A DNA stretch of 64,000 bases from a virus. The position numbers were made by a program, and so were the translations under genes. The DNA lies in the IMG/VR virus record IMGVR_UViG_3300020463_002275, positions 64,001 through 128,000 of that record. The stretch is one strand, 5' to 3'. Below are positions 21,478-31,054 of this stretch, one piece after another. The notes beneath the pieces were generated by a model. It saw nothing but the letters and a program-made list of their open reading frames with translations. It was not told where the DNA came from and made no database searches. Numbering within the stretch: position 1 is the first letter of the stretch; each line of letters begins with the position of its first letter.

Positions 21478-22244
21478 TATACTGTTGTATCCGATCCTGG
21501 TGTTGCTGGTTCTGTACCATCAATAGGTTTATCAAACTCTGGTGGTATACTCCAGTTTCTTTTGATTGCTCTTACATATTGACTTTTGCTGTTAAAACTA
21601 TAATTTGATACTTTTGCATTATTACCTTGATTTCCACCTAAAACTTTTATTACTCCGTTGCTTGTAATTTCTTGAATAAATCCTATATGTCCGCCACTAC
21701 GTTTTTTTGACTTAAAAATTACAACGTCCCATTTGCGTATTTGCGTTGTATCTCGCCAATCAACTTCACTTCCCCAATTATACCAACCTTGGCTACTCAT
21801 TGTTTGCAGTGTAGGAATACCTGCTGTATATAATGCCCAACTTACAAAGGCCGCACACCAAGCATATGCCATTGAACTACTATCTCTTGTGTAACTATTT
21901 CCGCATACTTTATAACATTCTAATATTCTAGGATTGCCTGTAGCGCCACGTTCTCTCCAATCTTGCGTAAGCACGTTTTTTAATAAAGCATCAAGTTTTT
22001 CCCAACCCGGACCTTCTGGTAAAGGACCTGGTTCAATTGTTGTATCTAAATTAGGCATGTTACTTGAATTGACATATCCGCCATTTCCTGCTTGCTGTCC
22101 AGGACCTGATCTTGGATAGTCTCCTTCTAAGTCAAACTGACCGTCTGGAAATCTATTGCTTTCAATTTGTTCATTCCAATCTGAGTTGTCTGCAACTTCT
22201 GCTGGATTTACAACCGGTGTAAGTGGTATAATTACTTGTCCCAT
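21477..22244 (-). CDS. TIGR02594-type NlpC/P60-CHAP peptidoglycan hydrolase
   Basis: AWCAAFVSWAL (catalytic Cys), GGHIGF (His), VLGGNQGN; start at MGQVII coupled to the gp5 stop (TAATG). Confidence 0.8.
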   Translation of the reverse strand: MGQVIIPLTPVVNPAEVADNSDWNEQIESNRFPDGQFDLEGDYPRSGPGQQAGNGGYVNSSNMPNLDTTIEPGPLPEGPGWEKLDALLKNVLTQDWRERGATGNPRILECYKVCGNSYTRDSSSMAYAWCAAFVSWALYTAGIPTLQTMSSQGWYNWGSEVDWRDTTQIRKWDVVIFKSKKRSGGHIGFIQEITSNGVIKVLGGNQGNNAKVSNYSFNSKSQYVRAIKRNWSIPPEFDKPIDGTEPATPGSDTTV

Positions 22245-24820
22245 TAAACTACTGTTCCTGTGCTTGCATTTGGATCTCTGATCCACGCCGGATCATATCT
22301 TCCGCTTGTTAATACTTTTGCTTGTAGATATCCTTGGTCTTTAGGATAACCTAATTCATATCCACGTTCAGTGCCTGCGATAGCATATCTAAAGTTACCT
22401 AGTGTGCCTCTGCCGAAATCTTTGTAACGTTCTTTTAAATATGCCGCTGTAACTTTTACAGATTTTGCAACATCTGTAATCATTATAGTTGGATCGTCAA
22501 CAATTTCTACACCAAATGGGTTTAATGCTGGATCTTTTAATTCTTCTTTTACAAGTCCTGCAAGTTTGCCATAACGTTGATAGTTTGCTTTACCTGTTAA
22601 TTGGATCAATCCACGTCCGATATACTTACCGCCATCGCCTGCTCTTGTGTTGCCCATACCTGGACCAATTTTACTTGTGTAACCATATACAAGTTCAAAG
22701 AATGTTGTTTTATCTTTTTTAATTTCTGTTAGTTCTCCGTCACTTACAGTTCTTGCCGCACTGAATATAGAACGTATACGCTCATTACTTGTTCCACCGT
22801 ATCCTTTTTCCGTTGACAGTTGAAGTCCTGATTCTGTTTCTGCTGTAGCAATAGCCGCATATACTTGTTCTTCTGTAAATCCTTCAGCAAATAAAGCCGA
22901 TGCAAATACTCTTGATATTTCTTGTTTGCTAACTTTTACTGGTTCTGGATCAGCCGGAATATTTGCCGCCGCAATAGGATCAAATCGTAAACTGCCTTCT
23001 GGCTCTCCGCTTGTGTTAAATGCATTTGGCTGATTACCACTTTCAATTACATAACCTCCAGGTGTTCTATTAAATGTATCTGGTGTTGTAGGTGGATATG
23101 TTTCTGGTGGATCAACTCCTGCTCTAGTTTGATCTGGTGTATATTTTAATGGGTCATAATGTTCATGTTCAAACCAAGGCTCGTGTTGAGGAACACGGCT
23201 TGCTTTTAATGCAATTTCTGGCGGAGTAGGATCTACTACAAATGGTGCTGGCGGTATTATAGCCGCTGTAGGATCTGCTGGGTCTACAGGTATAATATTT
23301 TGAATATCTATATTGTTACCGAGTGAGTAAATTAACATGTCTGTGCCTGAACGCATCGATAATTGATTGTCTGTCTGTAATTTCATATTAGCAACACTTT
23401 TGAAATCCATTGTGTTGCCAGATTTCATTGTTGTTTTTAATGTACTTGTTTGATGTATTTCGCCTTCGGTGCTGATAAAACTATTACCTAACGCCTTCAT
23501 ATGATAGTCGCCGTCTGTAGTAATTTTTACTTCGTTATGGCCTTCAATACCAATACCAGCAGTACTACCTAATGAAAGTTGATCTCCTGAAGAAATGTTT
23601 TGTTTTTCCACAGCAATTAACATACCGTTTTGATTTGCATATATTACAACATCTTCGGCACTATTCATGTTTATATCTTTACCACTGTTTAGACTAAACT
23701 GAGTTCCTGTAATCATACTGGTACTGTCATGAGAACTTGTTCTAATTTTATTTGCAACTACATTTACATCTTGGCCTGCTGTAAGATTGATATCTCTGTC
23801 TGCTGTAAAATTTAAATCTTGTTGTGAGTGTACACTTATACTATCTGCGCCATATATATCTACTTTACCGTTACTAGTCATTTCTATCCAACTAGTACCT
23901 CTTGCGTTTGCAATATAAATTAAATCTTCAGAATTATGTAAAAGTATTTGATGACCTGTTCTTGTACGCAAACGTATAAGTTCGTTGTGAGGTCTAGTTA
24001 CATCTCCGCCTTCTTCTTGTGCTTCAATGTTGGCATATTCCATAGCAGTGTCTTTAGGATGACCTTTTCTTAAAAATTTGTCATCACCGTCGTCCATAAC
24101 AAAACTAGAACCACCTAATCTACTTTTTGGATAATTTAATTTATTTCCTTTAAATCCTATTTCTGCTTTAGGGGCGCCTTCACGTTTATCTAATGGTCCT
24201 GGTGTACTCCATCCAAATACTGCACTAGGCAATTCTCGTCTTGCACTAGAACTTGTAAGTCCTCTAGTTTCATCATCACTTAATCCTGAAACAACGTAAC
24301 CTTTTAATAAATCTAAGTGTGTTGGTTTTCTATGTGTTGTAGGTTCTGGTGTAGGATCTGTTGTTGTAAGTTTATTATATTCAACTGCTGGACCTTTTTT
24401 ATCATAATCTTTTAATAAAGATGTTGATGCATAACCAGGAGTCATAAAATTCATATACTCGTCTTGAACACAACCTATCCAATAACATTTACTTGTATTT
24501 CCTTCTACAAAAATAACAAGAACTCTTGTACCTATGTCTGGTGGTACTGCCCAAAATCCATAACTTTGTTGACTGTTTCTATACCCTTCATTTTTGTTGT
24601 TGCCTCCTACAGGCGTTACACCGTAAAATGGACTTAGGTACATTGCTTCCATTACTTGTCCTGAACGCTCAGGTTGATTACCTGAACTTGTTGACTTTAA
24701 TAGTTCAACTTGTAGAGTACCCATGTATTTTGTATCTAAGTTGTTTACAACTATTGCTTCAAAAGGACCAGTTTGACTAGTGCTTTTTGGTCGTGATCTG
24801 CGAATATCTTCGAACGCCAT
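22244..24820 (-). CDS. gp5: Baseplate spike gp5 with N-terminal OB-fold, beta-helix and C-terminal GH19 lysozyme domain
   Basis: YMGTLQV...SYGFWAVPPDIGTRVLVIFVEG, RLRTRTGHQILLH; C-terminal ETESG...E and GDGGKYIGRGLIQLTGKANY (GH19). Confidence 0.85.
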   Translation of the reverse strand: MAFEDIRRSRPKSTSQTGPFEAIVVNNLDTKYMGTLQVELLKSTSSGNQPERSGQVMEAMYLSPFYGVTPVGGNNKNEGYRNSQQSYGFWAVPPDIGTRVLVIFVEGNTSKCYWIGCVQDEYMNFMTPGYASTSLLKDYDKKGPAVEYNKLTTTDPTPEPTTHRKPTHLDLLKGYVVSGLSDDETRGLTSSSARRELPSAVFGWSTPGPLDKREGAPKAEIGFKGNKLNYPKSRLGGSSFVMDDGDDKFLRKGHPKDTAMEYANIEAQEEGGDVTRPHNELIRLRTRTGHQILLHNSEDLIYIANARGTSWIEMTSNGKVDIYGADSISVHSQQDLNFTADRDINLTAGQDVNVVANKIRTSSHDSTSMITGTQFSLNSGKDINMNSAEDVVIYANQNGMLIAVEKQNISSGDQLSLGSTAGIGIEGHNEVKITTDGDYHMKALGNSFISTEGEIHQTSTLKTTMKSGNTMDFKSVANMKLQTDNQLSMRSGTDMLIYSLGNNIDIQNIIPVDPADPTAAIIPPAPFVVDPTPPEIALKASRVPQHEPWFEHEHYDPLKYTPDQTRAGVDPPETYPPTTPDTFNRTPGGYVIESGNQPNAFNTSGEPEGSLRFDPIAAANIPADPEPVKVSKQEISRVFASALFAEGFTEEQVYAAIATAETESGLQLSTEKGYGGTSNERIRSIFSAARTVSDGELTEIKKDKTTFFELVYGYTSKIGPGMGNTRAGDGGKYIGRGLIQLTGKANYQRYGKLAGLVKEELKDPALNPFGVEIVDDPTIMITDVAKSVKVTAAYLKERYKDFGRGTLGNFRYAIAGTERGYELGYPKDQGYLQAKVLTSGRYDPAWIRDPNASTGTVV

Positions 24821-24821
24821 T

Positions 24822-27800
24822 TTATGTAGATCCCATATCTTTTAAATTTGTATTCAGTTGTGCCAACTTAGTTGCATTTGATGTTGCTACTGCTTCTAGA
24901 TTATTTGGAATAGTCATACTTACTGTAGGTGCTGTGTTTGCTAGTTTTGATAGACTAGGTACATTTCCAACTGTGTCTGTAAGTGTAGTTCCAAATTTTC
25001 CTAAAACATCGCTTCCATTTAAATTTACCTGACTTAGTGTTTCAGAGGCAAAGGTTGTGGCGGCATTTTTTAAGTTATTAAATTCTGCACCAATTTTTCC
25101 TAGTTCTGCAATGCCAACTTGTTCTTGTAATGTTTTTAATGATTGACCAATTTTACCAAATGCATCTAATGCAGGTAAGCCTAACGATTGTGCTTGTTGT
25201 GATACTAAATCATTCAGTCCTTGATAGCCAGGCAATAGTAATTCTATTTGTTTTTTTGCTTCAGATAAATTTTCTGTAGCACCAGTTGTTATTGCCGCCT
25301 CAGAAACTTTGCCTGCATACTCAACTGCTTTTTCATTCATTGACTGACTTGCTTTTGTTGTTTCAATAATTGCTCCAAGATTTTGTGTTGTAGGTTGTTC
25401 TGTTTGTGCTCTTACTCTAGTCATTTGTAAAACTGTTGTATACTGGTTTTCATTTATTAAATGGTTAACAACATTAACACGATAAAGACCACTAAAAGTA
25501 TCTACAATAACTAATTCTTCAGGAAATATATAATCTCCCCTGCTTGGATCAAAATCAACTGGAGTTCTAAATAATATGTTTACATGAAGTTCTCCATTGG
25601 CATAGTTTGCATGTCCGTCTTGAGTCATATTAATATACGAAGTTTCTTTAGCATGATAATTTCCGACGCCATTGTCTGAAAGATAAAAAGGATCTCCCAT
25701 AATAGTCATGTCAACTTTGACCATGTCAACTAATGAATTCATAAGTCTATCGTTAAACATTCTTGCGATACCAATTTCAGAATTGTCAAATCCTGAACCG
25801 CCAGAATTTCCTGTATTTGTGTTTACAACATCTGCTTGTTTAGCCGCGGCTTCTCCTGGCGGTAACCCAATTCCTCCGTTGCTAGTTACATATTCTGGAT
25901 TAGGTGGCAATGTTGTTTGCGTACCTGCCGCTCCTGTAGTTTGTGCGGCTGTTGATGAACCTCTATCTGCTGTGATAGGATAGATAAAACTTTTATTATA
26001 AGCAATTTGAAAATCTAGTATATCTTTGTTTTTACCTGTGTAGATATAATTGTATTCTTTTGCCGCTTGTGCTTTAAGTTCTGGAATACCTTTACTTGGT
26101 GCAGAAGGTGCAATAAACAAACTGTGGTGTACATAGTAAGGTACAATTCTGTAAGTGTATACTGATGGTACTTTTCCTGTTTTTGCTATTTCACTATTGG
26201 TAGGTACTGTGTACACATCTGTTTCAACTCTATACCATTTGATATAACCAAAAGGATTTTTAATATCTTTCAACTGTCCAGCCAATTCTCTTCCATACAT
26301 ACTTGTTATTAAAACTTCTTCAATTATTTCTTGCAGTCTTGTACCTGCACTAAATTTATAAGTTCTAATTTCTCCGTCAAGTTTCATGTTGGCTCCAGCA
26401 CGAGCAAAAATAGGATATTGTTTTTGAAACGCTTCAGTTTTCTTTGCTAATTCTTCATTGTCTTTTTTGATCTGTTCATTAGCATCTCGGACACGTATTG
26501 ATTCATTTGCAAAACTATCTAAAGATCCTGATCCCTTAACATACTTAGGTTCAGGCATAGGTTGTGCTCCGCCTTCAAATGGGCTGTCAAGCATTTTTGC
26601 CGCTCCTATTTCATTTTGACTAAATGCACTAGCGGCATATTTTTTCATCATTTGATCTAGTCTGCCAGCATTTTTAACATTACCTGACATAGTTGCAAGA
26701 TATTCATCAAAGTTTTCCGGTACAGGCTCTTCGCCGCCGCCTATACTTTTCCAATACCCTTCTAAAATTTTTGGACTTGTAACTTGTTCATGTGTTGGAT
26801 CTCGAAAACCATCTTCCGCATTATAATATCCTGGATCCATTGTTGCAGAACTATTTGTTTCTGCGTTTGCAGTAGGACTAAAAGTAGATGCTCCTTCTTT
26901 TGGAAAAATAATTACAAATTGATCTGCAACTGATACTTGCTCTGCTTCTTGCATTTCCAACAATCTTGCATTCATTATACCTGTAATACTTTTTCCGCCT
27001 GTTTGTAATATTTCTCTAACAGTTCTCCCAGTAATTGCTACATCAGTTTTAATTTGCTGTACACTATCACGCAAAGCACGTTCGTTCCATGCAATGGCTT
27101 CTACTTGATATATTGAACCTCCTTCATTAACTGAAAATTGTGACGTAGTTAATGAAATAGGAATAAGTCTTCTTGCATATGGTACATCTACTTGTGTACC
27201 GTCAACTGTCCAACCTTTAAAATCTAGTTGTAAGCAAAAACATGCAGTAGTGTAATCTTGGAAGCCTGCTTTTGCCGCGGCAACGCTTAGTGCTTGATAA
27301 AATAGACCCATGCTGTAGGGCTCTTTGACTTCAAAACTAATTTTTGTAACATTACTGTTTGTGCCGTAAGATAAACTTGGTTGCATGTTTGCACCGATAT
27401 CTAAATTATCAATAAAAAATTCTACATTGCTACCTAATGCAATTTCTACTTGTGTTTTTTTCTTTTTAGAACCTGCACCGCCACCACTTTGACATACAAT
27501 ATTATCCAAGCCTGTTTTACGATATGTATTATCAGGATCGCTAATTTGTTCATGACTTAATGCCGCAAGTGTAATAATACAATTCATACTTGCAAAGTTT
27601 TCTAATTCGTTTGGCCAAGGAGGTTGAGATTCGCCAGGTACTAGTTGTCCTGCTTTTGTTGTAAACCCTATTGGTCCTGGTTTTGCTTTTAAATTACTTT
27701 TGAATGCTTTTGGATGCATTGATGCAAATAAACTTCCGTCTTTTGCCATATTGCTAAAGCCTTCAACTTGACCGAATACATTCGTTCCTCCTTCTACTTT

Positions 27801-27917
27801 AAATTGATTCAAAGTATTGTTAATACCGCCTTGAATGTCTGCGGCAATCTCAGGAATTGCAGAACTGATTTGTTGAAACTTGCTAGTTACTTTATTCGCT
27901 AGTGCTTTGAAATTCAA
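24822..27917 (-). CDS. Baseplate hub protein (gp27-like position)
   Basis: Between gp53 and gp5; VDMTIMGDPFYL and FSGLYRVNVVNHLI motifs typical of hub/VgrG-like proteins. Confidence 0.55.
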   Translation of the reverse strand: MNFKALANKVTSKFQQISSAIPEIAADIQGGINNTLNQFKVEGGTNVFGQVEGFSNMAKDGSLFASMHPKAFKSNLKAKPGPIGFTTKAGQLVPGESQPPWPNELENFASMNCIITLAALSHEQISDPDNTYRKTGLDNIVCQSGGGAGSKKKKTQVEIALGSNVEFFIDNLDIGANMQPSLSYGTNSNVTKISFEVKEPYSMGLFYQALSVAAAKAGFQDYTTACFCLQLDFKGWTVDGTQVDVPYARRLIPISLTTSQFSVNEGGSIYQVEAIAWNERALRDSVQQIKTDVAITGRTVREILQTGGKSITGIMNARLLEMQEAEQVSVADQFVIIFPKEGASTFSPTANAETNSSATMDPGYYNAEDGFRDPTHEQVTSPKILEGYWKSIGGGEEPVPENFDEYLATMSGNVKNAGRLDQMMKKYAASAFSQNEIGAAKMLDSPFEGGAQPMPEPKYVKGSGSLDSFANESIRVRDANEQIKKDNEELAKKTEAFQKQYPIFARAGANMKLDGEIRTYKFSAGTRLQEIIEEVLITSMYGRELAGQLKDIKNPFGYIKWYRVETDVYTVPTNSEIAKTGKVPSVYTYRIVPYYVHHSLFIAPSAPSKGIPELKAQAAKEYNYIYTGKNKDILDFQIAYNKSFIYPITADRGSSTAAQTTGAAGTQTTLPPNPEYVTSNGGIGLPPGEAAAKQADVVNTNTGNSGGSGFDNSEIGIARMFNDRLMNSLVDMVKVDMTIMGDPFYLSDNGVGNYHAKETSYINMTQDGHANYANGELHVNILFRTPVDFDPSRGDYIFPEELVIVDTFSGLYRVNVVNHLINENQYTTVLQMTRVRAQTEQPTTQNLGAIIETTKASQSMNEKAVEYAGKVSEAAITTGATENLSEAKKQIELLLPGYQGLNDLVSQQAQSLGLPALDAFGKIGQSLKTLQEQVGIAELGKIGAEFNNLKNAATTFASETLSQVNLNGSDVLGKFGTTLTDTVGNVPSLSKLANTAPTVSMTIPNNLEAVATSNATKLAQLNTNLKDMGST

Positions 27918-27918
27918 T

Positions 27919-28224
27919 TTATACTCCTAGTACGTTTCTTAGTGTAGGACCTTTTGGTAAAAATATTTGTACACCTGCCTCCATATCAAATACAGGATCT
28001 TTTATTGTATCCATATTTCTTTGTGCAAACACCCACCATAATTTACTGTTACCATATAAATCATATGCAAGTAAATCTGGTCTATGTGTGTACTGTGTTT
28101 CTATTGTATACAAAAAATCATCTGCCTCTGCTGGAACTGGACGTATTTCAAAGTTTCCTAGATAACTGTTATCTACGATTGGCGTGTTTGACCACGGACT
28201 TGCTTTACTATATGATGCTGTCAT
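27919..28224 (-). CDS. gp53: Baseplate wedge gp53 (LysM-like)
   Basis: HRPDLLAYDLYGNSKLWWVFAQRN motif. Confidence 0.85.
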   Translation of the reverse strand: MTASYSKASPWSNTPIVDNSYLGNFEIRPVPAEADDFLYTIETQYTHRPDLLAYDLYGNSKLWWVFAQRNMDTIKDPVFDMEAGVQIFLPKGPTLRNVLGV

Positions 28225-29063
28225 TATACAAATCCTCTGTTGCTAATTAAGTTTCCGTTAACAAAATCATTTAAACTAAATTGTTCAACATGTGTTCTGC
28301 TGTAAATTGGTTGTAATGTTACAGCCATTAAACTTTGTGCTGGAACCCATGTTCCTGGAGTTCCGTCTGGCGTACCTACTTCTGAGCCAATATTAGTTTT
28401 TATGTAGTCTACATCTTGTGGTAAATCTACGTTAAAACTTGTAACTACACAAGGAACATTTTTAAATACATATTCTCCATATCCATTAAATTTTACAATC
28501 GGAGGAGGATTACCTGTATCGGCACCATTATCTCCATAAAACATTTTTGTAAGTGTTCTTAAAAAAGTAACTGCCGCTACCCAATATTCTGCATCGTCGT
28601 TTGTTTCAATAAAAAAATCACCTGAAACTGTTATAGCGTCCACAGCGGAGTTCTGATAATTGTAAAAAGGATAATTAGTATGTACAGGTTGCATTGAAGA
28701 ATAAGATGCACTGTGTGAAAATATTACTGACGGAGTAAACGGAAATATCATTCGCTCACCTGATTCTACTAAAGGATTTATTAGAGAAGAATTTAGTTCA
28801 CGTATTACTGGAGGAATAGAAATACTTACACGCCAATCATTATCGCCTTGTTTATCAACCACTTTTGCTTCAGATGTTGTCTTAGTAGTAGGAACACCAT
28901 CTTTAGGTAAGTTAGTTTTACGGTTAAATGATGCAAACTCGTCTGGCGTTGTTGGGAAAGCCTTAAGTTTTGCATATTTTTCCTTAATAGCGTTTTGTGC
29001 GACAGATACACCATTATCTATGTAATGATCAATGTGCGGATTTCTTGTATATTGGTTTGCCAT
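28224..29063 (-). CDS. Tail tube initiator / baseplate cap (gp48/gp54-like)
   Basis: MIFPFTPSV...ITVSGDF...PPPIVKFNGYG...VPCVVTSFNVDLP tube-fold motifs, adjacent to gp53. Confidence 0.65.
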   Translation of the reverse strand: MANQYTRNPHIDHYIDNGVSVAQNAIKEKYAKLKAFPTTPDEFASFNRKTNLPKDGVPTTKTTSEAKVVDKQGDNDWRVSISIPPVIRELNSSLINPLVESGERMIFPFTPSVIFSHSASYSSMQPVHTNYPFYNYQNSAVDAITVSGDFFIETNDDAEYWVAAVTFLRTLTKMFYGDNGADTGNPPPIVKFNGYGEYVFKNVPCVVTSFNVDLPQDVDYIKTNIGSEVGTPDGTPGTWVPAQSLMAVTLQPIYSRTHVEQFSLNDFVNGNLISNRGFV

Positions 29064-29087
29064 ATTTTTTTTTGCTCCTAATAGTAT

Positions 29088-29095
29088 TATTTAGT
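29088..29095 (-). promoter_or_regulatory. Late promoter-like box (ACTAAATA) driving the baseplate operon
   Basis: Back-to-back with the sigma70 promoter of gp55, 25 nt upstream of the first baseplate ATG. Confidence 0.6.
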
Positions 29096-29123
29096 TGACT
29101 TTTTTATGTACGTAGTTTATAAT
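29095..29123 (+). promoter_or_regulatory. sigma70 promoter TTGACT-17-TATAAT for gp55
   Basis: -35 at 29095-29100, -10 at 29118-29123. Confidence 0.85.
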
Positions 29124-29154
29124 GTATGTAATACTTTAAAAAACCGGAGACCTA

Positions 29155-29985
29155 ATGAGAAAAGTAAATTACTTAAACAACAAAGATATCTTAAAAGAGA
29201 TACACAAGTCAAAAAGCACGTTTTGTAGTTACACAGATGACGAATTTGCTGATTTTGACATAATTTTACCTGATATAGAAAAAATTAACATACGCACTAT
29301 TGCAGAAGCAAAGCGAAATAAAGCGAAAAAACAGAGTCAACTAGCATTTGAGACTAGGAAAGCGGCTGGCGAGAAGATAAAGCAAGCAGAATGTGAGGTT
29401 GACTATAGAAAAATTACAAAAGAAGAATTAATTTTTAGAATTATGACATTTGACCACATTCCAGAAGAGCCAGGACGTAAGAAAAATCCTAAAACAGTAG
29501 CAGATACAAAAACAAAACTTAATTTTCCCCCATTCCAGCATTATAAGTTTAATGAAGCAGGAGAATTAGTTTGTGTAGGCAAAAGTCATTGGGAAGGTGG
29601 TATGGAAAATGGTGGATTTTCAAAAGGACATGGTAAAGCAACTAATAAACTTGCTATGATGTGGATGAAACTATGTGATAGATATGCTACACGTGGAAAT
29701 GTGCGTGGATATACCTATAATGACGAAATGCGTGGACAAGCAATACTACAATTAGCACAAATTGGCTTGCAATTTGACGAATCTAAGAGTCAAAACCCAT
29801 TTGCATACTATACTGCGGCTGTAACAAACAGTTTTGTTAGAGTAATTAACCTAGAAAAGCGTAATCAGAATATAAGAGACGATATTCTTGAAATGAACAA
29901 TATGAATCCTAGTTATACCAGACAACATCAAGGCGAGTGGGAAGCATCACAGAAAAGACAAGAAGAATTAAACAGTAAAAAATAA
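29155..29985 (+). CDS. gp55: Late transcription sigma factor gp55
   Basis: VNYLNNKDILKEI and GYTYNDEM...FDESKSQNPFAYYTAAVTNSFVRVINLEKR motifs; upstream of gp47/46 as in T4-like phages. Confidence 0.9.
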   Translation: MRKVNYLNNKDILKEIHKSKSTFCSYTDDEFADFDIILPDIEKINIRTIAEAKRNKAKKQSQLAFETRKAAGEKIKQAECEVDYRKITKEELIFRIMTFDHIPEEPGRKKNPKTVADTKTKLNFPPFQHYKFNEAGELVCVGKSHWEGGMENGGFSKGHGKATNKLAMMWMKLCDRYATRGNVRGYTYNDEMRGQAILQLAQIGLQFDESKSQNPFAYYTAAVTNSFVRVINLEKRNQNIRDDILEMNNMNPSYTRQHQGEWEASQKRQEELNSKK

Positions 29986-29989
29986 TCAC

Positions 29990-30018
29990 TTGACATCGTT
30001 AGGTTTTTCAAGTATAAT
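29990..30018 (+). promoter_or_regulatory. Perfect sigma70 promoter TTGACA-17-TATAAT for gp47/46
   Basis: -35 at 29990-29995, -10 at 30013-30018, AAGGAG SD downstream. Confidence 0.9.
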
Positions 30019-30043
30019 ATTATTGATTAAGGAGTGATTATAA

Positions 30044-31054
30044 GTGTTTAAAAAAGCGGCTGTCTTTACTGACATTCATCTTGGCCTAAAAGGCAACAGT
30101 AAAGTACATAATGATGATTGTGAACGTTTTGTAGATTGGTATATTGAACAAGCGAAAGCCAATAATTGCGAAACTGGAATATTCTGTGGTGATTGGCACC
30201 ACAATAGAAATAGTTTAAATCTTACAACAATGGATGCAACAATCCGTTGTATGGAAAAATTAGGCAGTTCATTTGAAAAGTTTTACTTTTTTGATGGTAA
30301 TCATGATCTTTATTATAAAGATAAACGTGATGTAAACTCAACTGCGTTTGCTACATACATTCCTGGTATAACTTTTATTGATGAAATATATCAAGAAGAA
30401 GACGTTGCACTAGTTCCGTGGTTAGTAGGAGACGAGTGGCGTAAAATTAAAGACATTAAAAGCAAATATATGTTTGGTCACTTTGAACTTCCAAGTTTTT
30501 ACATGAATGCTATGGTACAAATGCCAGACCATGGTGAATTAAAAGCAGAACACTTTCAACACCAAGAATATGTGTTTAGTGGGCATTTCCATAAAAGACA
30601 AAAACAAGGCAAGATACATTATTTAGGTAATGCATTTCCTCACAACTATGCAGATGCATGGGATGATGCAAGAGGAATGATGATACTTGATAGAGAAAAC
30701 AACAAAGAGCCTGAATATCTTAACTGGGACGATTGTCCTAAGTATAGGACAACTACATTAGGTAAACTTCTTGATCCTAATCAAGATATTATTAAAAGTA
30801 ATATGTACTTGAGAGTTACTATTGATGTTCCAATTAGTTACGAAGAAGCACAATTTATAAAAGAAACATACATTACACAATATAAGTGTAGAGAAATTAC
30901 ACTTATCCCGCAAAAGCAAGTCGAGGAAATAAGTACCGACTTAGATATTTCAACTTTTGAAAGTGTCGATGAAATTGTATCAAAAGAAATTACAGCAATT
31001 GATTCAGACAACTTCAATAAGAAAATGCTATTGGACATTTATAACGAACTATGA
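30044..31054 (+). CDS. gp47: Recombination endonuclease subunit gp47 (Mre11/SbcD-like)
   Basis: TDIHLG, GDWHH, GNHD, GHFE, SGHFH metallophosphoesterase motifs. Confidence 0.95.
   Translation: MFKKAAVFTDIHLGLKGNSKVHNDDCERFVDWYIEQAKANNCETGIFCGDWHHNRNSLNLTTMDATIRCMEKLGSSFEKFYFFDGNHDLYYKDKRDVNSTAFATYIPGITFIDEIYQEEDVALVPWLVGDEWRKIKDIKSKYMFGHFELPSFYMNAMVQMPDHGELKAEHFQHQEYVFSGHFHKRQKQGKIHYLGNAFPHNYADAWDDARGMMILDRENNKEPEYLNWDDCPKYRTTTLGKLLDPNQDIIKSNMYLRVTIDVPISYEEAQFIKETYITQYKCREITLIPQKQVEEISTDLDISTFESVDEIVSKEITAIDSDNFNKKMLLDIYNEL

Noticed and set aside
20750-22286. Track starts at 21253 and 22286
   Set aside because: Both overlap the upstream genes; internal Met starts (21196, 22244) give normal coupling
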